Shown here: positions 10,086 through 20,013 of the stretch, piece after piece
Layout: the number at the start of each line of letters is the position of its first letter
Position numbering within the stretch: the stretch's first letter is position 1
Source of the DNA: a virus
Direction: 5' to 3' (one strand)
Virus record (IMG/VR): IMGVR_UViG_3300025137_003799
Location: 1-64,000 of that record
DNA length: 64,000 nucleotides
The notes under the pieces: model-generated
The model's input: only the letters and a program-made list of their open reading frames with translations
What the model was told of the DNA's origin: nothing
The model's database searches: none
Position numbers and translations under genes: made by a program

Positions 10086-11222
10086 ATGCTACCATTCAGA
10101 AGATCGGATACTGTTGAGTTAGAGATAACCAGCAAATGTACTCTAGCCTGCTCGCAATGTCCTAGAGTTAAGCAAAAAAACGACAAAGCTAGTTGGGATA
10201 ATGGTAACATAGATACTGATGTAGTAATCCAAGCAATCGATGATAAGATAAAAAAGATAATCGTATGTGGTGCATATGGTGATGCAATGTACCATCCTGA
10301 AATAGACAAAGTCCTTGAATCACTAAGTGATAAAAAGATTCCCTACTCCATGGATACAAATGGTAGTTATATTAAAGATGCAGTATGGGAACGTGTTGCA
10401 CCTCATATCTCTACAAGAGATGAATGGGTTTTTAGTGTAGATGGCACGCCAGATAATTTTACAACATACAGAGTAAATGGTCACTGGCCAAGTATTGAAA
10501 GTGGAATGCGTATCCTAGCTGACTATGGTTGCCAGATTCGCTGGAAATATATTGTTTTCAAGTACAATAGTTCATATGAGGATATCAAAACCGCCTATGA
10601 CAAAGCATGGGAACTAGGTGTAAGATGGTTCCAACTTGTGCATACAAAACGTGCATCGCCAGGACAATATGTAGCAATGGAAGAGTTCAGTGATGCTCTA
10701 AATCAAATAGAAGACTATGTTGGTAGTATTAAAAAAGAAGATTACCCAGCAGGTACAAACAGACCACCCAAACTAAGAATTGATATCCACCCAAGAATTA
10801 GAAAAGTAACTGAACAAGCAGGTGTTGAAAAAGTTTTAAATGTAGTAAAAACATCTATAACTAACAATGGCAGAACAATGATCACAAAGTCAAGTAAAGG
10901 CGGTACATCACCAGCATATAAGAATATATCTTCTCCCGTAACAGACTACCATACTACTAAAAAGGTATATCCACAATGTGTTAATGTTAAGAACTGGGCA
11001 CAGTTTATTAGTAGTGACGGTATTTACTTGCCTTGTTGTTATGTAAGAAGTGAGAAAAGTAGTCTTATAGAAGGTGCTGGTTTAACTAATGAAGATTTAG
11101 AAAGTATGAGTGTGTATAATCACAGCATAGATGAGATAGTTGTGGGCTCCGGATATCAGAAATTAATGAACAATTTTGATAATATTAGTGTATGTAAAGA
11201 CAAGTGTCCTGCTAAGAACTAG
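10086..11222 (+). CDS. radical SAM protein with C-terminal SPASM/twitch-like domain
   Basis: CTLACSQC; FSVDG; C-terminal C...PCC...CKDKC. Confidence 0.88.
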   Translation: MLPFRRSDTVELEITSKCTLACSQCPRVKQKNDKASWDNGNIDTDVVIQAIDDKIKKIIVCGAYGDAMYHPEIDKVLESLSDKKIPYSMDTNGSYIKDAVWERVAPHISTRDEWVFSVDGTPDNFTTYRVNGHWPSIESGMRILADYGCQIRWKYIVFKYNSSYEDIKTAYDKAWELGVRWFQLVHTKRASPGQYVAMEEFSDALNQIEDYVGSIKKEDYPAGTNRPPKLRIDIHPRIRKVTEQAGVEKVLNVVKTSITNNGRTMITKSSKGGTSPAYKNISSPVTDYHTTKKVYPQCVNVKNWAQFISSDGIYLPCCYVRSEKSSLIEGAGLTNEDLESMSVYNHSIDEIVVGSGYQKLMNNFDNISVCKDKCPAKN

Positions 11223-11233
11223 ATAAATACAAG

Positions 11234-13276
11234 ATGAAATACTTAACTCACTGGGCAACGGCTCTTTTAACAGCTTTTGTCCTAATCTTTGTCCACTATA
11301 CGGATAATTATGTTGTAGAAACGTTACGATTAAAAAGTTTCGATCTAATCCAACAAACAGATGAGCCAATCCATAGTAAAGATATTGCTGTGGTACAAAT
11401 AGACGAAGCCGCCATAGAAAAATATGGACAGTGGCCCTGGAAACGTGATATACTTGCAGAAGTTATCTGGAAGTTACGTGAAGCAGGCGCAGGCGTTATA
11501 GTTTTGCCAATACTGTTCAGCGAGGACGACAGATTAGGTGGTGATGGTGTACTTGCAGAAGCACTAGCTGGCAATGGTATTGTTATTGCACAGACAGGAA
11601 GTACACAAGCAAATAAGAATAGTGTTCCTAGAGGGGTTGCCAAAATAGGCGACCCTCTTCCTTTCTTGTTTGAATGGCCTGGTATGTTAGGACCTATACC
11701 ACTACTGGGCGATAACGCAGACGGAGTGGGCGTACTTAATACTGTACCAGAGATAGACGGTGTTGTACGCAGAGTTCCACTAATCATGCGTGTTGGAGAA
11801 GAAACGTATCCTAGTATTGCCGTCGAAGTTATTAGACTGGCAACAGGTGCTCCAAGTTATCAGATCAAAGCAAATCAGGGTGGGATAGAGAAAATCCGTG
11901 TTCCGGGCTACCCTATTATCAACACGGATCCTAACGGACAGATCTGGTTACGTTGGAACAAAACATTTGATACAGTTAGTCTAGCAGACGAAGATCAATT
12001 CTGGAGTTTGGAAGGTAAGACAGTTCTAGTTGGTATTACAGCAGAAGGACTAGGTGGAATTATTGCTTCACCTACAGGACCCAAGTACAATTATATACCA
12101 GCCGCTGTCACACTACAAACAGTACTTGATGGAGATCAAATACAAAGACCATATTGGGCATTCCTAACCGAACTTGCTGCCACGGCAATAGTTGGGTTAT
12201 CAGTTATTTTACTAGCCGCCTTTGCACCCTACTGGTTAGTAGCATTATCAATTATTGCTATAGGTGGTGGATTAATATGGGCTGTTATGTATGCCTGGAC
12301 AACACATTTATATCTATTAGACGCAAGTATACCCTTAATTGCACTAGTGCTGGTATCATTACATGCAGTATTCAATAGGTTTGTAAAAGAGTTTCAACTT
12401 AAACAACAAATTAAAAAGCAGTTTGAACATTATCTTGCACCAGCAATGGTTAAAAAACTGCAACAAGATCCTAGTTTATTAAAACTAGGAGGCGATACAC
12501 GTGAACTAACAATTATGTTTACGGATATCCGTGGGTTTACGCCAATTAGTGAACAGTATAAGACAAACCCTCAAGGTTTGACAACACTTATTAATAGGTA
12601 CATGACACCAATGACTGCTCTTGTAATGGAAAAAGAGGGTACAGTTGACAAATATATTGGAGATGCACTTATGGCTTTTTGGAATGCCCCACTGGATGTT
12701 CCTGATCAGAGAAGGCTTGCAACAGAAACAGCCATCCAAATGCTTGAACGTTTAGATTTACTGAACAAGGAGTTAGAGGATGAAGGACTTTTACCGTTAC
12801 GCATTGGTATTGGGATTAATACTGGTACTGTTGTTGTTGGAAATATGGGCGGTGAGCAGCGGTTCGATTATAGCGTACTTGGTGACGCTGTTAATCTTGC
12901 TGCTCGTCTCGAAGGTCAGTCTAAAGCATATGGACTAACATTCCTAATAGGCGAAGATAGTTTAGATATGACTTTGGATTTTGATTATATTGAATTGGAT
13001 TTAATTGCTGTTAAAGGTAAGACAGAAGGTATACGAATCTTTACTGTATTAATGGAAGACATAGAAGATGAGCAATGGAAGTTATGGCATGATGAAATGC
13101 TAATAGAATATCGCAATGGTAATTTTGATCTTGCAATTACAGAGATCAAAAAGTTACAAAAAGACGGCCCACCTACATTAAATGAATACTATAATGTAAT
13201 GTTAGACCGTTGTGAAGATATGATTGTTAATACTCCAGTTGATTGGGACGGAGTTTATGTAGCTACTAGTAAATAG
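11234..13276 (+). CDS. CHASE2-domain class III adenylate cyclase
   Basis: GQWPWxR and DGVVRR (CHASE2); TM helices; FTDIRGFT, DKYIGDA, GIGINTG and FDYSVLGDAVNLAARLE. Confidence 0.93.
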   Translation: MKYLTHWATALLTAFVLIFVHYTDNYVVETLRLKSFDLIQQTDEPIHSKDIAVVQIDEAAIEKYGQWPWKRDILAEVIWKLREAGAGVIVLPILFSEDDRLGGDGVLAEALAGNGIVIAQTGSTQANKNSVPRGVAKIGDPLPFLFEWPGMLGPIPLLGDNADGVGVLNTVPEIDGVVRRVPLIMRVGEETYPSIAVEVIRLATGAPSYQIKANQGGIEKIRVPGYPIINTDPNGQIWLRWNKTFDTVSLADEDQFWSLEGKTVLVGITAEGLGGIIASPTGPKYNYIPAAVTLQTVLDGDQIQRPYWAFLTELAATAIVGLSVILLAAFAPYWLVALSIIAIGGGLIWAVMYAWTTHLYLLDASIPLIALVLVSLHAVFNRFVKEFQLKQQIKKQFEHYLAPAMVKKLQQDPSLLKLGGDTRELTIMFTDIRGFTPISEQYKTNPQGLTTLINRYMTPMTALVMEKEGTVDKYIGDALMAFWNAPLDVPDQRRLATETAIQMLERLDLLNKELEDEGLLPLRIGIGINTGTVVVGNMGGEQRFDYSVLGDAVNLAARLEGQSKAYGLTFLIGEDSLDMTLDFDYIELDLIAVKGKTEGIRIFTVLMEDIEDEQWKLWHDEMLIEYRNGNFDLAITEIKKLQKDGPPTLNEYYNVMLDRCEDMIVNTPVDWDGVYVATSK

Positions 13277-13585
13277 TTATTTTTTCTTCTTAATATCGTC
13301 TGTATCAATATCTATCTTTCGACCAGTGGCTTTTTCGTATTCTTCTTTAAATTCCAATACCATATTCAGCTTTTGAGTTAATCGTATCATATCATTATCT
13401 AACATACGAACACGATCAATCAATCCAATCAGTGTCTTATTAGCATCACCGATAACTGGTTTAACTTCAGTAGTTACCCATTTCCAAACATAGTAGACAA
13501 AGTAGCCTAGGCCCATTGCCGCAATAATTGGAAATCCATATTGGTTAATTGCATCAACCAAACTAGTTGCCATTACTTTCACCAA
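13277..13585 (-). CDS. small membrane protein (GFPI motif, YvrJ/holin-like)
   Basis: YGFPIIAA TM segment plus coiled coil; paralog of 13980-14258. Confidence 0.65.
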   Translation of the reverse strand: MVKVMATSLVDAINQYGFPIIAAMGLGYFVYYVWKWVTTEVKPVIGDANKTLIGLIDRVRMLDNDMIRLTQKLNMVLEFKEEYEKATGRKIDIDTDDIKKKK

Positions 13586-13754
13586 TCTTTTTTAACCAAC
13601 CATCTTCAGTTACTTGATAAATATCACCAGGTTTATATAATGATGTTTCTTTTTTTGATCCATCCTTACATAACCCCATCACTTCGCCTTCCCAGTCTCC
13701 TTCAACTTTAAAGGCATCTCCGGCTTGAAATATATTATAATCAACCCACATCAT
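13563..13754 (-). CDS. hypothetical protein
   Basis: KPGDxxxVxxxGxL shared with 13751-13969. Confidence 0.6.
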   Translation of the reverse strand: MMWVDYNIFQAGDAFKVEGDWEGEVMGLCKDGSKKETSLYKPGDIYQVTEDGWLKKIGESNGN

Positions 13755-13969
13755 GATTCGATTTCCTCACCCTGGGTTATGTTTTGTTGCATGATATCAT
13801 CATACAAGTTTCCTTTGAATGATAGGTAACCATTATAGTTAACTTCAAATTGGTCTCCGGGTTTAAATATTCCTTGATCTATTGGATCATGCTTGTCGTC
13901 TGGATCTGCTTGATTTACTAATCTAAAACCATCCGGTAACTTAATAATATCGTAGTCTTTTAGGTACAT
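13751..13969 (-). CDS. hypothetical protein
   Basis: AGGAG RBS; paralog of 13563-13754. Confidence 0.65.
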   Translation of the reverse strand: MYLKDYDIIKLPDGFRLVNQADPDDKHDPIDQGIFKPGDQFEVNYNGYLSFKGNLYDDIMQQNITQGEEIES

Positions 13970-13979
13970 GTGTTTCTCC

Positions 13980-14258
13980 TTAGTCTCGACGTGCGTCCTC
14001 TTTTCCTTCGTTGGCCGCTATACGATCTACATTGGGCTTTACGTTTAGAGCGTAACTCATCAATGTATCTATTTTTACCAAATCATTGTTCATAGTTTGT
14101 ACTCTGTTATCCAATGCGTTGATAATTGCTTTGAGTCCCATTACACTACCTGTAACAGAACCTAATATAAATTTTAGTGTGGTAAAAACAAAGATACCAG
14201 ATGCTATCGCACCAGCTATCGGAAATCCTACTTCACCAACTAATCTTAAAAACTCCAT
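13980..14258 (-). CDS. small membrane protein (GFPI motif, YvrJ/holin-like)
   Basis: VGFPIAGA TM segment; RVQTMNNDLVKI similar to RVRMLDNDMIRL in its paralog. Confidence 0.65.
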   Translation of the reverse strand: MEFLRLVGEVGFPIAGAIASGIFVFTTLKFILGSVTGSVMGLKAIINALDNRVQTMNNDLVKIDTLMSYALNVKPNVDRIAANEGKEDARRD

Positions 14259-14311
14259 TTTATCCCCCCGGACTATAATACTATTTATTAAATACTAACA
14301 TAAATAATAGT

Positions 14312-14947
14312 ATGAAAAGAATGTTAATATTAACCGGCCCGCAAGGCAGTGGCAACCATCTATTCAGCAAAATATTTGCACTACATGAAAAAGTATTTGG
14401 ATGGAAAACTCTATTGAATACATATTGGGAAGGACATCATTATGAACCTTTTAATAAGTGTTGGAGAGATCCTAAAGAACTGCACCTATTTGATTGGACG
14501 CAGTCAGATCACTATGTAACTAGTATCAGTTGTCCATATTTCAAAGACGGTTTACCACAAGTACCTCCTTATCTTCAATTCATAGAAACTTCTTCACTTC
14601 ACTGTGAGATTGACGTTGTTATAATAGGTAGAGATACAACCATACTGGAGATGCAACAAAAACGAGTAAGAGGTATGGAAACTACAGGATTCTTCCTAGA
14701 GCAATTAGAAGATATATATTCAGCACAGACTAATGTAAGTTTTATAAGTCAGGAACTGTTATATCTATATAAGGGAATGTATTTGCAAAAAGTAGCAGAC
14801 GACTTAGACTTTCCTATTGCATTTTGGGATCCAGAAATTGAAGTTATATTGGAAAAAGATGCTAACAGAAAGTATGTTAAAACTGCAGATGAATATTGGT
14901 TAGACTTTGAAGTACAAAAAGAAATTAAAGACAGTAAAGATAATTAA
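14312..14947 (+). CDS. P-loop / sulfotransferase-like protein
   Basis: ILTGPQGSGNHL N-terminal loop; CATAAATA upstream. Confidence 0.55.
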   Translation: MKRMLILTGPQGSGNHLFSKIFALHEKVFGWKTLLNTYWEGHHYEPFNKCWRDPKELHLFDWTQSDHYVTSISCPYFKDGLPQVPPYLQFIETSSLHCEIDVVIIGRDTTILEMQQKRVRGMETTGFFLEQLEDIYSAQTNVSFISQELLYLYKGMYLQKVADDLDFPIAFWDPEIEVILEKDANRKYVKTADEYWLDFEVQKEIKDSKDN

Positions 14948-15654
14948 CGTTTAATATGTTGAAATGGATAACCAATCATTTCTTCGTACATATCCAACCA
15001 CAAATCTTCATAGTCTTGTCCCCATACGCCATTCCAAGGACCACCATTAGTAAAATGTAATGCTCTAATACCCTTAACATTAGACTCGTATTCACCTACG
15101 AGCCAATTCCATAATAACATTACTTCGCCTATCTGATCATCACGACACCATTCAAACCTATGTAACCATTTTGGACTTTTGTTACTAACACTAAGTGGAT
15201 GTAGTTGTTTACAACTAGGGTGTTCGTTGTTAAACACTATTAGACTACTCCAATTTTTACGAGGAAAAGTTAATTGAGGTTGGCCTCGGAACTTCTTGTC
15301 TGACTTGGGTATATAGTCATGATGCTTACATACAAATACAGCTCTATTTTTTGAGATCATTGAGTTTTCTATATGATCCAACATACTTGTTATGTCATGA
15401 CGAAATAAAAAATCACTATCTACAAACACACTCCAACCGGTATAGTCTTCCAAATATGGTATTAGGAAACGTGTATAAGTAAACTCTGTACTAGCAGGAT
15501 CGCCAGTAGGTCTAAAGTATAAATTATTCTCTCTAAGTTCATCTTGTTTTAGATGTATGACGTCAACAGGGTAACGTGCATATTTATGAATACTATATTC
15601 ACAAACCTCACTTGCTTCTTTTTGTTTGCTATCCCATCCTATATAAATTTTCAT
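14944..15654 (-). CDS. GT-A glycosyltransferase (GT8/CDI-like)
   Basis: IYIGWD, STEFTYTRF, FVDSD, PRKNWSS, WNWLVG and HFTNGGPW. Confidence 0.85.
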   Translation of the reverse strand: MKIYIGWDSKQKEASEVCEYSIHKYARYPVDVIHLKQDELRENNLYFRPTGDPASTEFTYTRFLIPYLEDYTGWSVFVDSDFLFRHDITSMLDHIENSMISKNRAVFVCKHHDYIPKSDKKFRGQPQLTFPRKNWSSLIVFNNEHPSCKQLHPLSVSNKSPKWLHRFEWCRDDQIGEVMLLWNWLVGEYESNVKGIRALHFTNGGPWNGVWGQDYEDLWLDMYEEMIGYPFQHIKR

Positions 15655-15669
15655 TCTTTTTCCATCTCT

Positions 15670-16641
15670 TTATTGACTCCGCCTGTGAGTACTTATACAT
15701 GGTCTTGCATTACTAAAATGAAGACTACGATTACTGTCATATTTATGATTTGTATCCTGTAAACTTTCTGGAAAGTTATAGAACTTTTCTGGATACCATA
15801 AGTTATTATACTGTATAAACTTAAAATCTCCTAGATAAAAATTGTCCTTTTCGAATCTAATTTCATTAAAGATACTTTTGTCTTTGAACATTCCCATCCT
15901 GTGTACACCATCTCTATAACTTAAATGTGGTAGCTCTAGTTTAAAGTCTGGATGTTTGATCTTCTGTAATTTGACACATGCCTTGTGAGCACCAGTGGCA
16001 AATGGGCTAAAGTGATTATTTCCACTAACATCAACGCCTGACTTTGTTAGGGTGACATCACAATATTCAAGTTCAAATGTATCATGTCTAATTTGTGGAA
16101 ACATATCACAAAATTCTTCGGGTGTATCAACTTCAGTATAGGGTGCTGTCCAATGCCAGGGAGTCTGATCTAGTTCAGGATACCATATATAGAAACAACG
16201 TATAGTATCCATTGGTTGTAGGAATGAAATAATAAACTTCTTATCACTTCCTGGATGGCTCTGATATCCTCTACCACTTGTATATAATTGTATAGGTGCT
16301 TCCTGCCCGTTAATTTTAATGTCTTTACTTAACCACAGTAATTTAAACAATTGATAACAGAGATAGATATCAGTATTACCTGTCCATTCTCTAGGCATAC
16401 TTTTATTAATAAAATATTCTATTATAGACGGATCCATGTTACGAAATCTTTCTATCTTCTCAGACAATAAACGTATCATATCTCCATGTGTCTTACTTTT
16501 CGGATCGGCATCGAACAGTGAACGTAATTGTTTACCACTTGATTCAAATTTTACTACTTTTGCTCTACTAGTTCGATTGATCCAATCATAAAACTTATGT
16601 AGTGCCTCTAAGTTTTTAGAGTTAATGCTTGACAAATACAT
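15670..16641 (-). CDS. hypothetical protein
   Basis: 323-aa ORF; minus-strand TATAAATA upstream. Confidence 0.65.
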   Translation of the reverse strand: MYLSSINSKNLEALHKFYDWINRTSRAKVVKFESSGKQLRSLFDADPKSKTHGDMIRLLSEKIERFRNMDPSIIEYFINKSMPREWTGNTDIYLCYQLFKLLWLSKDIKINGQEAPIQLYTSGRGYQSHPGSDKKFIISFLQPMDTIRCFYIWYPELDQTPWHWTAPYTEVDTPEEFCDMFPQIRHDTFELEYCDVTLTKSGVDVSGNNHFSPFATGAHKACVKLQKIKHPDFKLELPHLSYRDGVHRMGMFKDKSIFNEIRFEKDNFYLGDFKFIQYNNLWYPEKFYNFPESLQDTNHKYDSNRSLHFSNARPCISTHRRSQ

Positions 16642-16657
16642 GGGAATCCTATATAAT
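16629..16657 (+). promoter_or_regulatory. sigma70-type promoter
   Basis: TTGACA-N17-TATAAT, perfect consensus. Confidence 0.75.
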
Positions 16658-16663
16658 AGATAG

Positions 16664-16679
16664 TATAAATATATTTATA
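16664..16679. promoter_or_regulatory. bidirectional late promoter (TATAAATATATTTATA palindrome)
   Basis: perfect 16-bp palindrome made of two TATAAATA boxes between divergent genes. Confidence 0.7.
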
Positions 16680-16699
16680 TATCCCAAGGACACTCAAAT

Positions 16700-17404
16700 A
16701 TGCTAGACGTTTTTATGCTTACCTTTGGTGAGCCAGACGCAGATGCAAACTTCTCAACATTACAAGAAGTGGCGCCTCATGCACAACGCATTGATGGTAT
16801 AGAAGGTTTGTTAAATGCACATAAAGCCTGTGCAGAAGCCTCCAAGACACAATATTTTTATGTATGTGATGCAGACTGTGTACTACAACCGAACTTTACA
16901 TTTAAGTTTCAACCAGATCATAGAAAAGAAGCATACCCAGGTGTGCCGGAAACAGAATGTGTTTTTACATATCGTAGCCATAATCCTATTAATGATTTAA
17001 TATATGGTTATGGTGCTGTTAAGTTGTTCCCCAAAAAGAATCTATTACAAGTAGACGAATTTAAAGTTGATATGACTACGAGCATTGGTGCAAAGTTTAA
17101 GCCTATGTTTGAGATAAGTAATATTACACAGTTTAACACAGATCCTTTCAATAGTTGGAGAAGTGCCTTTCGTGAATGTACTAAGTTATCAAGTAATATT
17201 ATAGATCATAATAAACAAGTTGATGACGCATATAGATTAGAAGTATGGTGTACTCGTGGAGACAATCGTAAATACGGAGAGTATGCAGTATTAGGAGCAC
17301 AACAAGGGCGTGACTTTGGAACACATTATAAAGGTAATACTGAAGCCCTAAGAAAAATAAACGATTGGAACTGGTTACAGGAGCAATTTAATGGAGCTAT
17401 CTGA
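16700..17404 (+). CDS. putative glycosyltransferase (DxD, GT-A-like)
   Basis: AHKACA, YVCDAD, YGYGAVKLF and WRSAFREC. Confidence 0.65.
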   Translation: MLDVFMLTFGEPDADANFSTLQEVAPHAQRIDGIEGLLNAHKACAEASKTQYFYVCDADCVLQPNFTFKFQPDHRKEAYPGVPETECVFTYRSHNPINDLIYGYGAVKLFPKKNLLQVDEFKVDMTTSIGAKFKPMFEISNITQFNTDPFNSWRSAFRECTKLSSNIIDHNKQVDDAYRLEVWCTRGDNRKYGEYAVLGAQQGRDFGTHYKGNTEALRKINDWNWLQEQFNGAI

Positions 17405-18365
17405 ATTTCAAAAAGAATACCATTGGATGTATGGACTAGGTGAATACTTTAATCACAAGGGTCCTGACTACGAAAAACGTTGGGATAATATACATAAAGC
17501 CCTATTTCAAAACAATTGGTATAGAAAAAGAGATATACTAATGGAACTTATTGCTATGGATAATAGCAATCCGACACATGTTAAGTCATGGATTAATTTA
17601 CTTGCACATGAACATCTACCGGAAATTCAAATAAAGCCTCAATTAGTGGTAACATTAATGAGAAAACTTATGCATGAAGATCCAATGTTAGTTAGTATGG
17701 CTAGGTTTATTAACCACTTTACTAGTGATGACGATACTCAGGCGGCTCATTTACCAGATCTAAATGACTTCCTAAGTAAAGGACAAGTACAAAGCAAACT
17801 GTGGATGGCTGATGCACTCAAAGATATATTTGATGAAGACGTGGGTAATGTAGTATTTTATGGTGGCTGGTATAACTTTTTTGCACACTTCCTATTCGAA
17901 CACTTTAATGTCGATAACTGTTATAGTCTAGATCTGAATATGGAAACTGTTGAATCCAGTAAAAAGTTATATCAACATGAACATTCAAAAGGAAAGTTTC
18001 ATCCTTACCATGCAGATGTTACTAAAATTGCATGGAAGAATAATATGATGAACTTTAATGATTTAGCACCCAAAGAAGAAAAAGAAGATTACAAACAGTC
18101 AGACAAGTATGACTTCAATGACATTCCTATTAACCTAGTTGTCAATACAAGTTGCGAACATATGGATGACAGTTGGTATGAGAACTTGCCAAAAGGTAAA
18201 GTAGTAGTGTTGCACACAAATGATTACTTTAGTAATCCACAACATATGAATTGTTGTGAAGATGTGGAGGCGGCTAAAGTAAAGTATCCTATGTCAGAGA
18301 TATATTACGAAGGTAAACTAGATACACATTTATATAATAGGTTTATGCTAATCGGAAAGAAATAA
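17391..18365 (+). CDS. class I SAM-dependent methyltransferase-like protein
   Basis: GQVQSKLW, YGGWY, SLDLN, ADV and VNTSCEHM. Confidence 0.6.
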   Translation: MELSEFQKEYHWMYGLGEYFNHKGPDYEKRWDNIHKALFQNNWYRKRDILMELIAMDNSNPTHVKSWINLLAHEHLPEIQIKPQLVVTLMRKLMHEDPMLVSMARFINHFTSDDDTQAAHLPDLNDFLSKGQVQSKLWMADALKDIFDEDVGNVVFYGGWYNFFAHFLFEHFNVDNCYSLDLNMETVESSKKLYQHEHSKGKFHPYHADVTKIAWKNNMMNFNDLAPKEEKEDYKQSDKYDFNDIPINLVVNTSCEHMDDSWYENLPKGKVVVLHTNDYFSNPQHMNCCEDVEAAKVKYPMSEIYYEGKLDTHLYNRFMLIGKK

Positions 18366-18631
18366 TGGCCAAATGGTTTAGCTCAGACGAGTACTTAATT
18401 TATGAGACAATGGATTTTACTAATATAAAAGAAGGACCTTTTGCTACATACGATGCAATTGCAAATATAGCCAGTCAGCTTTCACAGAATGGATTAAATA
18501 AGGGAGTAGATTGGGAACTAACAGAAGTTGGCATTAATACAGATGCTCAACAGGAAATACAAATAGAGTTTAGACGAAGCGAAGATGCTATGCTAATTAA
18601 AATAAAAGGACTAGAAAAAGTTCGTGGATGA
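18365..18631 (+). CDS. hypothetical protein
   Basis: translationally coupled ORF. Confidence 0.55.
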   Translation: MAKWFSSDEYLIYETMDFTNIKEGPFATYDAIANIASQLSQNGLNKGVDWELTEVGINTDAQQEIQIEFRRSEDAMLIKIKGLEKVRG

Positions 18632-18887
18632 AGAAGTTGAAATGACAATGCCTGAATTTGATGAGTACTTGGATACTCTAAAAGTTCGTGAGCTACAGAG
18701 GGAGGCGGCTAGAGCAATTAGTGTAATCCCTGCTGACAATGACAGCATCTATAAGTTTAACAAAGTTGCCTATCACAATAGTCACCTGTGGTATAAAGCA
18801 GTGATTAAATACTATGTAATGGAGTTTGGTGGAATGCCAAGTGAGATAGGTCCAGGCTCTGAAGTTGTATTTGTGGTAGATGACTAA
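18624..18887 (+). CDS. hypothetical protein
   Basis: translationally coupled ORF. Confidence 0.55.
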   Translation: MDEEVEMTMPEFDEYLDTLKVRELQREAARAISVIPADNDSIYKFNKVAYHNSHLWYKAVIKYYVMEFGGMPSEIGPGSEVVFVVDD

Positions 18888-19978
18888 TGTATAATTATGA
18901 AGATATAAGAGAAGTTCATTTGGAAGTTACACAACGTTGTAATGCGGCCTGTCCTATGTGTGATCGTAATGAGAATGGTGGTGCAGTTAACCAACACATT
19001 CGTGGCAATGAGAAAGAACTAAGGATTGAAGATATAAAGCAGATGTTCCCTCCTCATTTTATTGAACAACTAGGCACTATGTACATGTGTGGTAACTTGG
19101 GAGATCCTATTAGTGCCAGAGATACATTGGAAATATTTAAGTATTTTAGAAAACATAATAGTCAAATGTGGTTAAGCATGAATACAAATGCAGGAGCCAA
19201 GAGTGCTGAGTGGTGGGGCGATGTAGCTAGAGCCATTGGTAGAATGGGTTGTGTTATTTTTAGTGTAGATGGACTTGAGAAAACTAATCATTTGTATAGA
19301 CAGAATGTTAAGTGGGAATTCGTAGAACGTAATATGAAAGCCTTTATAGCCGCCGGTGGCAGAGCTAGATGGGATTATTTAATATTTGAACATTCAGAAT
19401 GTGATGTAGAACGTGCTGAACAACTTGCTAAAGAATGGGGTTGCGAACGTTTTATGAAGAAGAAAACTGGTAGATTCTTTAGTAGTGCTAAGAACAAAGG
19501 CAAAGAAACACACCAAGCAGTGAATCGTAAAGGTGTACAAACAACTACACTAGCAAAGCCTAAGAAGAAAGAACATCTAAATAGAGCTATAGAAAAAGAA
19601 AAAGAGATAGAGAAAACATACGGAAGTATGATGGAATATTACAATAAGTGTGATATTGTATGTAAAGTAACTAAGAACAAAAGTATATTCGTGACAGCAG
19701 AAGGCTTAATTATGCCGTGTTGTTGGACAGCCGGGCGTATGTATAAATGGTGGCAACCCGATCCTAAAGTAGAACAGGTATGGGACTTCATCGACAGAGC
19801 AGGCGGCAAAGAAGGAATCAGTGCTAAGATACATGGCATTGCAGGCGTTTTCGACAGTGGCATTATGCAAGACATTCAGCATAGTTGGAAACTAAATTCA
19901 ATCAAAGAGGGCAAATTGGGTGTCTGCTCTCAAAAATGTGGGACAGAATTTGATCCATTTGCTGAACAGTTTAAATAA
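18887..19978 (+). CDS. radical SAM protein with C-terminal SPASM/twitch-like domain
   Basis: CNAACPMC; CGNLGD; FSVDG; PCCW; CSQKC. Confidence 0.9.
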   Translation: MYNYEDIREVHLEVTQRCNAACPMCDRNENGGAVNQHIRGNEKELRIEDIKQMFPPHFIEQLGTMYMCGNLGDPISARDTLEIFKYFRKHNSQMWLSMNTNAGAKSAEWWGDVARAIGRMGCVIFSVDGLEKTNHLYRQNVKWEFVERNMKAFIAAGGRARWDYLIFEHSECDVERAEQLAKEWGCERFMKKKTGRFFSSAKNKGKETHQAVNRKGVQTTTLAKPKKKEHLNRAIEKEKEIEKTYGSMMEYYNKCDIVCKVTKNKSIFVTAEGLIMPCCWTAGRMYKWWQPDPKVEQVWDFIDRAGGKEGISAKIHGIAGVFDSGIMQDIQHSWKLNSIKEGKLGVCSQKCGTEFDPFAEQFK

Positions 19979-20013
19979 AAGTGCATTTTTATTGCCTTTT
20001 AAGCAGATAATGG

